From Nemertoderma westbladi (Eukaryota > Animalia > Xenacoelomorpha): 64,000 nucleotides of DNA. The stretch lies in contig JAUCBJ010007025.1 of NCBI GenBank assembly GCA_032718475.1, forward strand, positions 6,365 to 70,364. Direction: 5' to 3'. Of this stretch, positions 47,384 through 60,173 are shown piece by piece (positions within the stretch are counted from its first letter, which is position 1; each line of letters begins with the position of its first letter). The notes beneath the pieces were generated by a model. It saw only the letters and a list, made by a program, of their open reading frames with translations. It was not told the DNA's origin and made no database searches. The translations under genes and the position numbers were made by a program.

Positions 47384-48527
47384 ATTATGTAAAGCTAGCA
47401 GTAGAATTAGGGTAATTCCAATGCATACAGATCTGGGATGTTATTTAATAGTAATTCTTTAATGGTCAATGTCCTGTTTTATACATGACTTTATGAATTT
47501 TATCGGCTATTGACTATGTTTGGGAGACTTTCTCACACTCATACGCATAATAAGATAAATCTCCGCTCCCTTGATCTATTAATTAATGGAATTTTGGGAA
47601 TGTTATAAATTGCGTAAAAATGGCAATTTATTAAATTCATTAAAAGGCATGAATTTAAATTTATTCCCTGAAATTTTATTATTTGATAATTAAATGGACA
47701 TATTTTGATTCTAGAACATGTCTGGGGACACAAGATCCTTAATTCTATGAAAATTGTCTTTTTAAGAATATCGGTAAATGCTACGATATCTTAATTGACT
47801 AGAATTGTTGAAGGATCTGAATTTTACAGAGTTGATTTATTAGATTTGCAAATATTAAATAATTAATATTTGAGATGGGCACCGATTTATTCCAGAACTT
47901 GTCTGGGGACGTTAACCACTGATTCTAAAATTTGTCTTTCAAGTATATCGGTGGGTGCCGCGATATCTTAATCGACTAGAATTACAGATGGTCAAAGGGT
48001 TTAACAGATTTATTTTGCGTTATACGCTACTGTTAAAGGGACATCACGCTACTATATGTATTATTTAATATACGGTATGAGAGCAATATCGCACGAAGCA
48101 ATGTCAGTGTGAAGAGGCAAGTCGTTTCCAAGGTCTACCCAGAGCTTGGTTTAGCCGAGACACGAGGATCTGAACTTTGCATTCCTAATACTCTGCCTAC
48201 CAATAATACTTGAATATAGTAGTGGCTTTATTGTACTTTAATAAGTACGGAGATTTCATCTTACTGTAGTTACGTATTTATAATGTAATACGGACAGTAA
48301 GGAAAGAGAAAAAGAATTGTTTCTCGCCGTCGCACTAAATATAATATAAGTAATTACGTACGCAATGAACACGAACATATTGCACTATTCTACTAAATAA
48401 TCGCTAAATAATATTCTACTAAATTAAATAAAACGATTATAATAAAATTACATAGTAATACATACATAAATATAAAAATAATAAAATAATATAAAATAAT
48501 AGAGTCACACGCCCACTCCGAACGATA

Positions 48528-51500
48528 TTAAGTTGGGGAGTCCCTAGATGTCGGTTGGATTAGGGAAGTGGTCGTGGGAAGAGTTTCTTGTCTTCCATAG
48601 TTTCCGGAGAGCTCTCTGTCTCTTTCCAGTAAACATAAACGACCCACTGGGCGATTGAGCTGTTGAGTCTCAAAGACTATCCCTGGTTTCTTAAAGTTAC
48701 GACGCATGACGACGAGCTCTACTGATCGCACCAAACCATCGCTCGAGATATGAGTCTCGATGATACGTCCTGTTTGCCATCGCTTACGTGGGAGATCGGG
48801 GTCCACAATAAGCACCATGTCTCCAGCGCTGACGTTTTCTTGCTGCGCAAACCACTTAGTTCGAAGTTGTAGAGTGGGCAGGTAATGTTTCTCGAAATGG
48901 TCAGCGAAACGACGGGATAGCAACTGCATAAGTTGCCAGGTTCGACGGCAGTACTCGTCTCCGTCTGTGATCTCCGATCGTGGGAGCATGGCTACGGGTT
49001 TTTTCAGTAGAAAGTGCGCGGGTGTTAGCGCTTCCAGGGAATCAGGACTTGAAGAGACTGGCATAAGCGGTCTTTCGTTGAGATAGGCGGCGATTTCCTC
49101 CATTAACGTCCGCAATAGTTCGTCGGTGAGATAAGCGCGACAAGGCACAATAAAGTGGAACGCAGTCTTCACGCTCCTAATCAATCTCTCCCAACTTCCT
49201 CCCCACCAAGGGGCGTCGGCGGCGTTGAAGGTCCAGCTAGACGCTGTTATCTTTAGCTGATCGTCCACCTGTCTTTTGTTCCAGTCCTTTACGTAAGCTT
49301 GAATTTCGTTGTTGGCGCCAATGAAGTTCGTTCCCTTATCCGATCTCATCGTGTTACTGGTTCCGAAACGAGCGATCTGTCGTCGTAAACTCAACACGAA
49401 GCTGTTGGTGGATAGATCGTTTACCATATCGAGATGGATAGCTCTACAAGTCATACAAACGAAGATGACACACCATCTCTTGACTATAGTCCGGGCACGA
49501 TATACTTCAATAGGGCCAAATAAATCCACACCGGTATTAGTAAAGGGTGGTTCATAGAAGCTTACTCTTTCCCTAGGTAATTCTGCCTCTCGCTGTGTTA
49601 AAGGCCTACTGAATGCTTTCCTACAGGGTATGCAGTTCCTAAGAACTTGGTTCAGAGCCCTACGGGGTTTATAAAAATAGTAGCGAGTTCGAATTTCACT
49701 CAGAACTCGTTCTCTACCAGCATGGTACAGTTTGCTATGAACATCTACAATCATCTTGATTTGTATGTCAAGATTTCTAATGAGTATGGGGAACTTAGTG
49801 TCAAAGGATAATGGGGCGTTGGTAAGCCTGCCTCCAACACGTATTAACCCATCTATCATGGTACTAGAGAAGCGATCCCTTAAGCGCATCTGTGGATTTC
49901 TTAACAACAGGAAATACTTATCGGAATCCTCATAACATTGTAGAAGTCTCAGCATCTGTTTGTTGGTTTCATCATGCTCCTGGTAACTGATCTTCTCCTT
50001 TAGAAACCTGTCGGATATCTTGTATTGGGGAAGGTCTTTAACAACATGGACTCGTGCAGATGTTGATGGAGCATCATCACTATGGGTCTTTGTCCCGGAG
50101 TAATGATGATGAAAACATCGTTTTAAATAGGTGACGGCTTTGCAGAGCCGATTCCAGGAGCTGTAGTGACATATCGCTCTCTGCAAGAGGGGTGAGAGTC
50201 CTTGTGCGATATCTGGTATTCCAGATTTCCAATCCTTGTCACGGATTTCCAAGACTTCTTTAGTCGTGGCGGTGGGTTTCTGATCCAAAGCATCATCTTC
50301 GGAAGTAAATAATACAGATAGATCAACCGCAGGTTTAAACAACTTCGATTTACTCGCTCGAATTTTAGGTTTAACTTTCTCCGCTCCCTTGGCCTGTCTG
50401 ATCTCTGCTGTTGTGAGATGGGGAGGCCATTCTTCTTCTTCTTTGTAGAGAAAGTCGGGTCCACCTAACCATTCGGGAGTATTTACCAATTCCTTTGGAG
50501 TCGCTCCTCGGGAAGCGATGTCTGCTGGATTAATCGTTCCGGGGCAATGTCTCCATTGGTCCATCGTCGTGCGACTAAGTATGATGGCTACCCTGTTGGT
50601 AACGAAGACGCTGAACTGACAGACTTCATTGGTTATATACTCTAACACGAGTAAAGCGTCGGTCCAATAGACAGTTTTCTCTAATGGATAGTCAATCTGT
50701 TCTGTTACATTCCGGCCGATGGCTGTAGCGTATAGAGCCACTTTTAACTCCGCTCGAGGAACTTTCAACTTGTTGTTGATTAATGCCTTAGAAGTAACCA
50801 AGGCGACTTTGATTCCATCCGGAGTTTCCACTCTTAGATAGGCTACTATACCTATTTCCATATCGCTGGCGTCTCCAAACACATGGAGTTGATAGGAATA
50901 CGTAGGGAGAACATGACCAAAATATGAACGGGAAATTATAAAATCCTCGATAGCTGGCAGAGAATCTTCCCATTTCATCCACTTCTTCAATAATTCTCCC
51001 TTAAGTGGATCGTCCCATGAGTGGTTTTCAAGCCACATTTGTTGTACCAAACTACGAGCAATCAATATAACTGGGCTAATAAATCCCAATGGATCGAAAT
51101 AAGTGCTCAGTATACTTAAGCAAATCCGTTTGGTTCGAACTGGATTATCTCGCTGTTTTAGCTGGAAAAACAGGATATCTCGCTCTGTGTCCCATTTCAA
51201 GCCGAGTGTCTTGGTTTCTGGTAGATCATCTTTGATCAAATCGAGATCTTTCGCTCCTCGATCTTCCGCAGGGATCGACTCCAGAAACTCACGGGAGTTG
51301 CTGGTGAATTTCGTTAATCAAAACCCACCTCTTTTTAAGCACTCTACCGTTCCTTTAGCTACCTCAATGGCTTCCTCAACTGATGGAAGGGACTTCAGAT
51401 TGTCGTCCATGTATATGTCTCTCTTGATGTTGTCGATCACTTCCTTAGAGAAGGCCTCTCGGTTGTCTTCTGCAGTGGTACGCACTACCGAACAGGCGTT

Positions 51501-54500
51501 GGAAGGGCTTGAGATTATCCCAAAGGCCTGGATGGTCATCCAGTACTCCACCGGTTTCTGGTTGAGGTCTCCTTCGGGCCACCACAGAAATCGTAGACTA
51601 TCTCGATCCCTATCTAACACCTTGACTTGTAAGAACATGCCTTCTATATCGGAGGCGAAAGCAATCGAATATTGTCTCAATCTTAAAAGAATTCCCAACA
51701 AAGATTGAAGCAAGTTGGGTCCGGGTAACAATTCAGAGTTAAGGGATTGACCCATGTAAAGAGCGGAGCCATCAAACACTACTCTCACTTCATGTGGTTT
51801 ACCGGGTTTAGGAACGTAATGGTGAGTTAAGTAATACGTTCTTTCAGTCACAGGTGTTTCTTCCGGTACTCTCTCCGCGTATCCCTTACTAATAAATTTC
51901 TCCAGCTGTGTTTGATACATTGCTTTAGCTGAAGAATTAGCCGTAAGGCGTCGATGGAGTTGCGCGATTCTTTTTTCCGCCAAGGGTCTGTTATTGATGA
52001 ACTTCGGTTCTCTCTTGCGGAAAGGTAGACCGACTTCATACCTACCTTGATCTTTGAGGAAACGTGTAGTTGTCTCTTGGATCTGCTTGGCCCTTTCCTC
52101 TTCCACCGACAAGGCTTTATCGTAGGAATTGGGCTCTACCGCCTCTTGCGTAAAGAATCGTACGGCATGTTCATCTCGAGTCTTGGCATTACAACGCTCA
52201 ATGACATCATTTAGCTCGTCGTTATAAGCTTCTCGTTCAGATGGATAAAGAAGTTGACATAAGTTCACTTGGTTTTGCCAAGCCTCGTTTTCCTTAAAGA
52301 GGTCGATGGTATTCTCCTCATCAAAAAGCTGGTGCACGTCGTCGTTATCTGAGGAGTATGGGGTTCCCTCAGTTAAATCGTCTCCCTCACTAGTATCATC
52401 TTCCCATTCACTCACCTGGTAGACGCGCTCTTGCGGTAGTCTTTCTCTGAGTGTTCTACGGGAAGGGCCAGTAAAGTACCAACCTACTCTAGTTCTTACC
52501 GCATAGGTCTGTAGTGGCTGCGTTTGAGCAGGCCGTTTCTCTAATGTCTCCAGCGCCTCATGCGCGTTTTGGCCGATGAGTATTTGCACTCCAGGATAAT
52601 CAGTCTGGAATCGAGGTATGTTAAGATGTTGGATACTCTCATCCTCGTCCCAATTATAAAGGTCTGCTTGAGTAGTAGCGAAGTTCTTTATAGCTACCAT
52701 TTTCACTGACCTTATGCTATGTTCTCCTAGTTCGTCCTGGGGGGTGGACAACGCTCCTACATAATAATCCACTGTTATTGTAGATTTCCAAACTTGCATA
52801 ATTCCTGACATGTTTAGCTTAGTTCGGAACTTGGGTTGTCCATCAAATATGTCTTCGGCTAGTTCTTTATCAATGAATGTTCCTGTACTACCGGAGTCAA
52901 GGAGGGCGTTCACTACATAACTCCTCTTAGGTCCGTGAACCCTTACTTGCACCACAGGAAACTCTCGGATCCCTACATTGGAAGATGGCTCTTTCCAAGA
53001 TGGTTGTCGCTCAGAAGTAGTTAGAGTGAAGTCGTTGTCTGTATCCTTTTCATATGTGAGTGCTCGATACACTGCGGTATTTATCATGTAACAGGATTCG
53101 TTTTCGTCGGAGAACTCGTCTGTATAGAATCCTTCCATCTCAGATTGATCAGTGTCGTTCACATCACTGAATTGGACATGTAGCTCGGAATCACTTACCT
53201 GATTCGGACTATTTCGCTCGAATTCAGCATGCAACAAGATATGATGTTTCGCACCACACTTTGCACACCTTATGTCAGAGAAACAGGTACGCCGTTGGTG
53301 TCCTTGTCTGAGGCAATTATAACATAACCGCTTATCCCACATGACTTCGCGTCTCTCCGTTAATGACTTCTTCAGGAATTCATCACACATATTCAAACGG
53401 TGGGTCCCGTCACACAGCGCACATTTCGGTTTGATGTTACTTACCTTATTTTGAGTCACATTGTGTACACTTGCCTTTTCTTCGGGCTTTCTCACCGGAA
53501 TTCTCTTGGGAGACGTGGGAGGAGTTTTTCTTACCTGTTCTCTCCTGTCATTTGCTCGAGACTTGAATTTACTTACCTGATCTTTAGGCATTTTATTGAC
53601 ATAATAAGATCTATCAGTGTCTTTCCCGCTATCTTCTCCTTGAGAAGTCTGGCTTTCGCCGTCGTCTGTATAACACACTGGTGTTACCTTTCTCCTAGAG
53701 ACGGGTTTTTCACTTACCTTGTTTTCCAGTGTCTTCTCTCTGGACAGTTTCAGGAGCTGTAATTTCACTTCTCCATCTAGGAATGACATGAGATCAGCCA
53801 TGGTAGGGTCTCGTCGTTGTTGTTCCATCATATATAACACTTTCTTATCCCAGCGTGTACCTACTCCACCCTTCGGTAAAGTAGAAGCCACTGCTCTAAT
53901 AACCATAGCATTCTGATACTCCTGAGACTTACCTAGCCAATCTAATTGTCTACAGATCTCCTGAATCTCATCGGAAAACTCGATAATTCCGCTGCTAATA
54001 AACTTTCGGGGCGCTACCAACTTTGCATACAAATACCCAGCGATGTTATTCCTATTACCATACCTGATGTTTAGTGTATCCCAAACTTGTCTTAATCCGT
54101 CTGGATGTCCAATAAACTTTAACGCCATTAACTTGGGAGATCCTTCCAAGCACTCGATGAGGTATCTAAGTTTTTCTCCATTAGATAGTACAGAGTTCTG
54201 TATGTTATCTTTGTAATATTCATTAAAAGGTAACCATTTCATCTCATCTCCATTGAACTTGACGATCTCTCCCACCTTTACCGCTTGCCGGGCTTCGGTT
54301 CTAGCCATTTGACGCGTAAAACTTTCTTGGGCCATCGTGTTATTTAATATCGAGTTATCGGTATATAAATTTCTCGGATTATGATCAGTTCTATAGGGAA
54401 TGTCATTATCAACAGGTCTATAATTACCCTTAATAGGGTTCACTATAGGAGTTTCTACTTCGCTAGCAGTATAGATGCGTGTAGGCTCCACACCTTGCGC

Positions 54501-56735
54501 ATGCGATACTTCAGACCTAACAGGTTGACACATTGTTACAGAGGGTGGTGGTATACCCCTTTGAGTATTTACTAATTTATCGCGTTCTAGCGCGATACTT
54601 TGCTGCACTTCTTGCAACTCTAGCCTACTTTCCCTTACTGTGCCCTTGAATTGCTGGACAGTCTCCTGCATCTGCCCGAGCAGGAGATCCATCCCCCGCC
54701 GTCTCTCATCCACCCATTCGACCGCCGAAGCGGGAGTCGCCAACGTTGTAGCGGGCGGACGAGGGACAACGGGCGACAAATTATGAATATTTCGCTCGGG
54801 GTCCAGGACCTGAACTGTCTCCTGGGCAGTTCTACTGGGCACAGGTAGCTTAGTGCTATGTAGAGGGAATTTAGAGGTAGCTTCAGGGAGCACAGGTGTA
54901 TCTATCACCGAAGGGGTGATTTCAAAAACAGGCCTAATTATTTCAGGCTCATCTACTATAGTAGGGAGTCTTTCTATTTTAATTATTTGGTCTGTGGGTT
55001 CTGTACTACCTAAGCTGGTGTCATTTAGTTGCCTTCTAACAGCTGGAGGCAAATCAGGCAATTTCTGACGGTGGAATGTTCTTTTACGTGTGCTTAGACG
55101 AGATCTATTTCCTTTGCCTTCAGTATCGGTGGTATCGCCTTCCTCCGATGATGTATATCCCTGTCTTTTGGGAGTAGATCGATTCATCATCTGCATATTG
55201 CTAGCTGTTAACTGTTTATTTATGCAGTCTTGATTCTCCTGAATGTTTTCCAATTCTAATTGGGTGATTTCTTCAGTCGCTCTCCGTTCTGCTTCTGCCA
55301 CTGCCTTTGCCGCCTTTCTTTCGGCTTCGGCCGCTTTTGCTTCTGCCGCTGCCGCTGCCACCTTTGCCTCTGCCGCTGCCTCTGCCGCCTTTGCCTCTGC
55401 CGCTGCCTCTGCCGCCTTTCTTTCAGCTTCGGCCGCTTTTGCTTCTGCCGCTGCCGCTGCCGCCTTTGCCTCTGCCGCTGCCTCTGCCGCCTTTGCCTCT
55501 GCCGCTGCCTCTGCCGCTGCCGCTTTTCTTTCTGCTTCTGCAGCTACCACTGCTGCTTTCTTTCTGTCTTCTATACGTTTTTTCTTTACTTGCTCCTCTT
55601 GGACTCGTGTCAGGCGGAGTTGTTCATCAAATTTAGCCTGATTCGCAGCCCTCATTTCCACATCGATGGCATCCAACACAAGCTTGGTTCCTTCACTATT
55701 AGGGCTAAGTCCGTCTAACCTTCTCCTCAACTCGTCATCACCTAAAAAACGTTGATAGTCTGACAGATAGATGTCAATGGCATCCCTCTTATGCGGCTTC
55801 TCTGCCGTCGCTTCACTTTCCACTTGGGAAAAAGTAGCGTCTGTTGATTCTCCATGGGTTGAGCGCTCCTCCAGCTGAGCTTTCCACTGAGCTGTTCCTT
55901 GAACTTGGCGACTCACCCGTTGAAACCAAGTCTTTACGGCAACTTGCAACGACGTGTCTTGTCTTCTTTTAGAAGCCTCTTCAAAGGCTGATAATATTAG
56001 CCTGATTCGCAGAATTCTTTCTCTAACTTGATAAAGCAGTTGTCCCTGCTCTTGAGGTCCTTGAGGTTGTTGTAACAGTTGTTTTTCTACTCGCTCCATA
56101 GAGCTGAAGAATCCCTGTGCGTATCCGGCTGCGGACCTCTTCCACACAGCTGGATCGATGGTTTCCTTGGCTACTCCCATCCGGTGTATGTCTTCCCAGG
56201 CAGCTTCTGATAAATCAAACGGGAGTCCGGGTCCAGGGAAGTTCCATTGCGACTCGACAATAGACTTCAGTTCTTCCCTCGTGTATCCCGCATAACTATC
56301 TTTAGTTGATCGTTGACTTCTCGCCCAATCGATCTGGTGTTCTTCCACCGCGATCAATATCCTAGTGAGTACGGCTGCAGGAAGGATGAGAAGGGGATCC
56401 GAATAAACCGCATCCGTCATCTTTGCTCCGCGCTCGGGTGTCAGCTCTACAGTATACTCACTACTGGAGCTGTTGGGCCGTTGAGAAATAAGTTCTTGGC
56501 TCGCGGGTTGTTGCTGTTCTGCTGCTTCTTGGTCCCGCTTGACCTGAGCTCGAGTGCCTATGATAGACCTACGATGTTGGACCAGCCTAGGGTCTGATAT
56601 TACTACAGGAGGGATGACCTTCCTCACAGTAGGGGGTGAACTGAACTTAGGTCTAGACAGTTCTACACCTCTATCTGAGTCACAGATAGTTACATCTAAT
56701 AAACTGTCTGACAGGTTCTGCTTAGTATCAGACAT
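48528..56735 (-). CDS. BEL/Pao gag-pol polyprotein (Gag, PR, RT, RNase H, IN) in one frame, with one internal TGA at 51318-51320
   Basis: Triple knuckle; ALLDSGS; RVVFDGS, SDIEGMFLQV, YMDD; KTLGLKW, HVFGDAS, VPRAEL, NPADIASRG; H..HAG..CxxC, GVDLFGP, SDKGTNF, WERLIRSVK; the two listed ORFs are in frame (GGF*LTKF). Confidence 0.95.
55260..55560 (-). repeat. Coding repeat for an Ala/Glu/Lys helical segment in the Gag N-terminal extension
   Basis: AAEAKAAEAAAEAKAAAAAAEAKAAEAERK units. Confidence 0.9.
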
Positions 56736-58993
56736 GTTTATGTGTACAGTTGAATGCCTACTGCTATATTACAGTCTAAGCAAGTCTAGTAATTCAGTAT
56801 TAACTGCTAGCCTAGTAATTAATTACCTATACTGCTACTCAGTGTAGCGTGATATATATATTATATTAGAATACCGGTATGCTTATAGTATATATAACTA
56901 TATAAGTATTATTACAGACTAGGTTTATCACAGAATACCGGTATAATTTTAGCACAAATATATATAAATATATAATAGGCCTATCGGGAATACCGGTATA
57001 CAGCTTACAGTTTATAGTATATATAATTCTGGACTAGAATTAATTACAAGTACCGGTATAATTTCAGCCGAAACTTATAGAAATAAAGATAATAGGCCTA
57101 TCGTAAATACCGGTATATCAATTATTTTAAATAATTGAATTTCTGAATTTTAGGGTTACTTGGTTACTTTACTTACTTTATTACCGCTATTTGAGCAGTA
57201 GTCCAACTGATATTGAGACCTAATGGTTGTATGGTAGGCCTACTATTTATAAATCGTTAGATTTGATTTATAATATATATATACCCGTTTTAATGGGTTT
57301 TGTCAATGTTTGAAATAAATGTTATTATTTCTGGGGAGTAATCACTACACAAAGCGGTGCGCTTTCAGTGAAGTGTTACTTATAGGACACTAAAACAAAT
57401 AATGCTAATTTACCTAAGTTACTTAATACTACAAATTACGTACAATTCGGGTGAGATTACAATCTCTAAATAAACACAAAAATTTACAAAAAACACAAAA
57501 TACGAATTTTCAGGGTAATTTTACAAGAAGTCTACAAACCAGCCTAACAAAGGGTTAGAAATCTGGTTATTACAACGGACAGGATACTGCGGTATTTGAA
57601 AATAATACGTAGTAGTAAATACACTGCGTTGTCCAGATAGGAAAATACCACCGCCTGACGACCTATAGCCGTATCGCTATAGGTACTACGTTATGTATCA
57701 CGGAGTGTTCCTACCTAGAAGTTAATAGAGCTAATCGAACGTGCCTATCAACCACTTTACAACACAAATATAATGCCTACACTAATTACTTTCGGAAAGC
57801 ACTGTACACTAAACCCTAAATTAGGTACGAGTACTTGTACAATATATAATCAGTAGTTAAATATACTTGAACAGCTAAAAGAACCACGGCATCTGCTGGA
57901 GTGACCGGTGCACAAAATCACCAGTCTTTACCTACGCCAAGCAGCCCGTGTAGTACCGGGGTTAATTTAACTATAGCGGTATGTATAACAAACACAATTA
58001 TTGTAGGAACAAACTTGGGGAATGAATGTTGCGAATAATCGCATAAACTCTGAATAATAAATATTACGCTACGCGTACAAACCACTCAAACAAAATGCAG
58101 ACCAAATACTGACAGACTACTATCAAGCCTAAATAAACTACAGGACATGCAGACTCCGAAATGATTAGGTAGTATGCGTTCTAACCCAGTAGTACAACTT
58201 ATTCTTTAGATGGGGGTTTACCTTACAGCTTTGGCTGCCCCTACTTCCTAACCGTTCTTTATCGGACAGAGGCTCTACACACACTGCAATCCGTTCAGAC
58301 CTAATAACAGCCAGACAACTATCCAGCCTACAAATTATCTAAATAAATATTATACGCTACCTGTACAGACTACACAAACAAAGTACAGACTAAACGATGG
58401 CAGACTACTCTCAAGCCTAAATAAACTACAGGACATGCAGACTCCGAAATGATTAGGTAGTATGCGTTCTAACCCAGTAGTACGACTTATTCTTTAGTTG
58501 GGGGTTTACCTTACAGCTTTGGCTGCCCCTACTTCCTAACCGTTCTTTATCGGACAGGTGATCTACATACACTGCAATCCGTTCAGACTTAACAGCAATC
58601 AGACAACAGTTCAACCTACAAATTGTCTGTACAATCTGATCAGGCTTACACGCCTTCTGTTCAATACTAGCCTACAAACAAATAAAACTGACAGAAATAA
58701 GTAAGCTCTAAAAGAAACAAGGGGTGTACAGTCCCTAATCTCTTAAACAGCCTACCGGTATACAATAATCAAATCGAATAATACTAATGTACTTATACGG
58801 GAAGTACCGGTTAGGACAGTTAGGCCTACGAACCTACAGAAGTACCGGTTCTGGCAGTTGGACCTACGGGCCTACAGCAGTACCGGTTCTGGCAGTTGGG
58901 CCTACTGACCTACAGATGTACCGTTCAGGTTTACCGGTTGACCGGTACTTTCAACTTTATTGCTTACTGCAATAAAGAAGCTATATCCGTTAT

Positions 58994-60173
58994 TGTTCGC
59001 GCTTTCAGACCTTTGGCAGTTTAACCCGCCAAATTAGGATGTCTTCTAGATAATAAATCGCTTTAGCCTCTAACAAGTATTTGATTCACTACACTAGTTG
59101 AAACCAATCTGTGCGCGATCATTCACCCGTTGGATATACCCGGGAGATTGACTTCGAGGGCTTAATCGTATTGCTATGTAAGCCTAATGTATTATTCGAC
59201 TGACAGTATTATATAATCTCTGACAATATTATTCACCTTCGGGGAATATTAACAGTTCCTTTAGGACATGGCGCTCTATCTATATAAACAGAGTTATGAC
59301 TTAAACTACTCACAACGATATGGCTTAGTTACAATTCACATATATGGCTCATTCTTTAGGAAATGCTTCGTTATCAGTCTCACTCATACACAATGCTGCA
59401 CAATACTGCACACTAATCTGCCGATCTTCACTGATTTTAGTCACATATAAAAGGAACACAGACCGACTCATGTAGGGTCTATCAAATAACATTAGATTCA
59501 CTTCAAACCACTTTAACATAAGTCGCAATCGTTATATTCTCTCTTACCTTCGGTATATCAAGAATATTGGGTTTCGGGGTTATTTCTCGTTATCCCAAAT
59601 ATAATAATTCATCAACAAATATAATGAATAACCGACAGCAAAGCAGTAATGTTAAGTTAAGTTGCACAGTATGGGCCAGTTAACCAGTGATAACCAGTGA
59701 TAACGGATATATGTCCTTATAATTAAGCCTACTAGTGTTAGGCTAAAGCAGAAAAGCACAAAATATTCCAAAGCCGCTCTCTCCTGGCTCAGGACAGAAT
59801 GTAAACACTGCCCATACAGCATTGCGTGATTTCTAGGAAATTTCTGTACAAGAACAGTAAAAACGCTCTGATTGGTTGACTGAACTGAGAGATGCCGTAG
59901 AACAAAGAAAGTCGACACGTATGAATATCAGCTGTTAACCGTCGTCATAGTAACTACTGTTCAAGAGTAGCTATCCCCTTTTGTGTCACGGAATTGCCAT
60001 AGAATCATCAACTATGCCTTCCACAGTACACATACGGAAGAAATAGCTCTTAGATCCTCTAAAAACACCGATACAGCAATAATACGGCCTCTTACGCCTA
60101 TTAAACCAACTACAGAGTATTTTACGGGAAAAATAAGGAAAAATAACCGGGCAATTCAGCAAAAGCTTTTACA
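58994..60173 (-). repeat. BEL 5' LTR (1180 bp)
   Basis: Direct repeat of 41350-42549 with visible substitutions and indels. Confidence 0.93.

Larger units (their letters stand above)
41350..60173 (-). mobile_element. Near-intact 18.8-kb BEL/Pao LTR retrotransposon with an extra ORF downstream of pol
   Basis: LTRs 58994-60173 and 41350-42549; 2.2-kb 5' UTR; gag-pol 48528-56735; ORF3 42628-46881; PPT GGGAGCGG at 42550-42557; no matching TSD. Confidence 0.95.

Noticed and set aside
51239-51320. Programmed frameshift or readthrough between the 1805-aa and 903-aa ORFs
   Set aside because: Same frame, and the stop is inside RT at a conserved Arg position; a point mutation is simpler
55243-55718. 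Plus-strand poly-Ala, Cys/Arg and Leu/Pro ORFs
   Set aside because: Antisense shadows of the Gag AEK repeat
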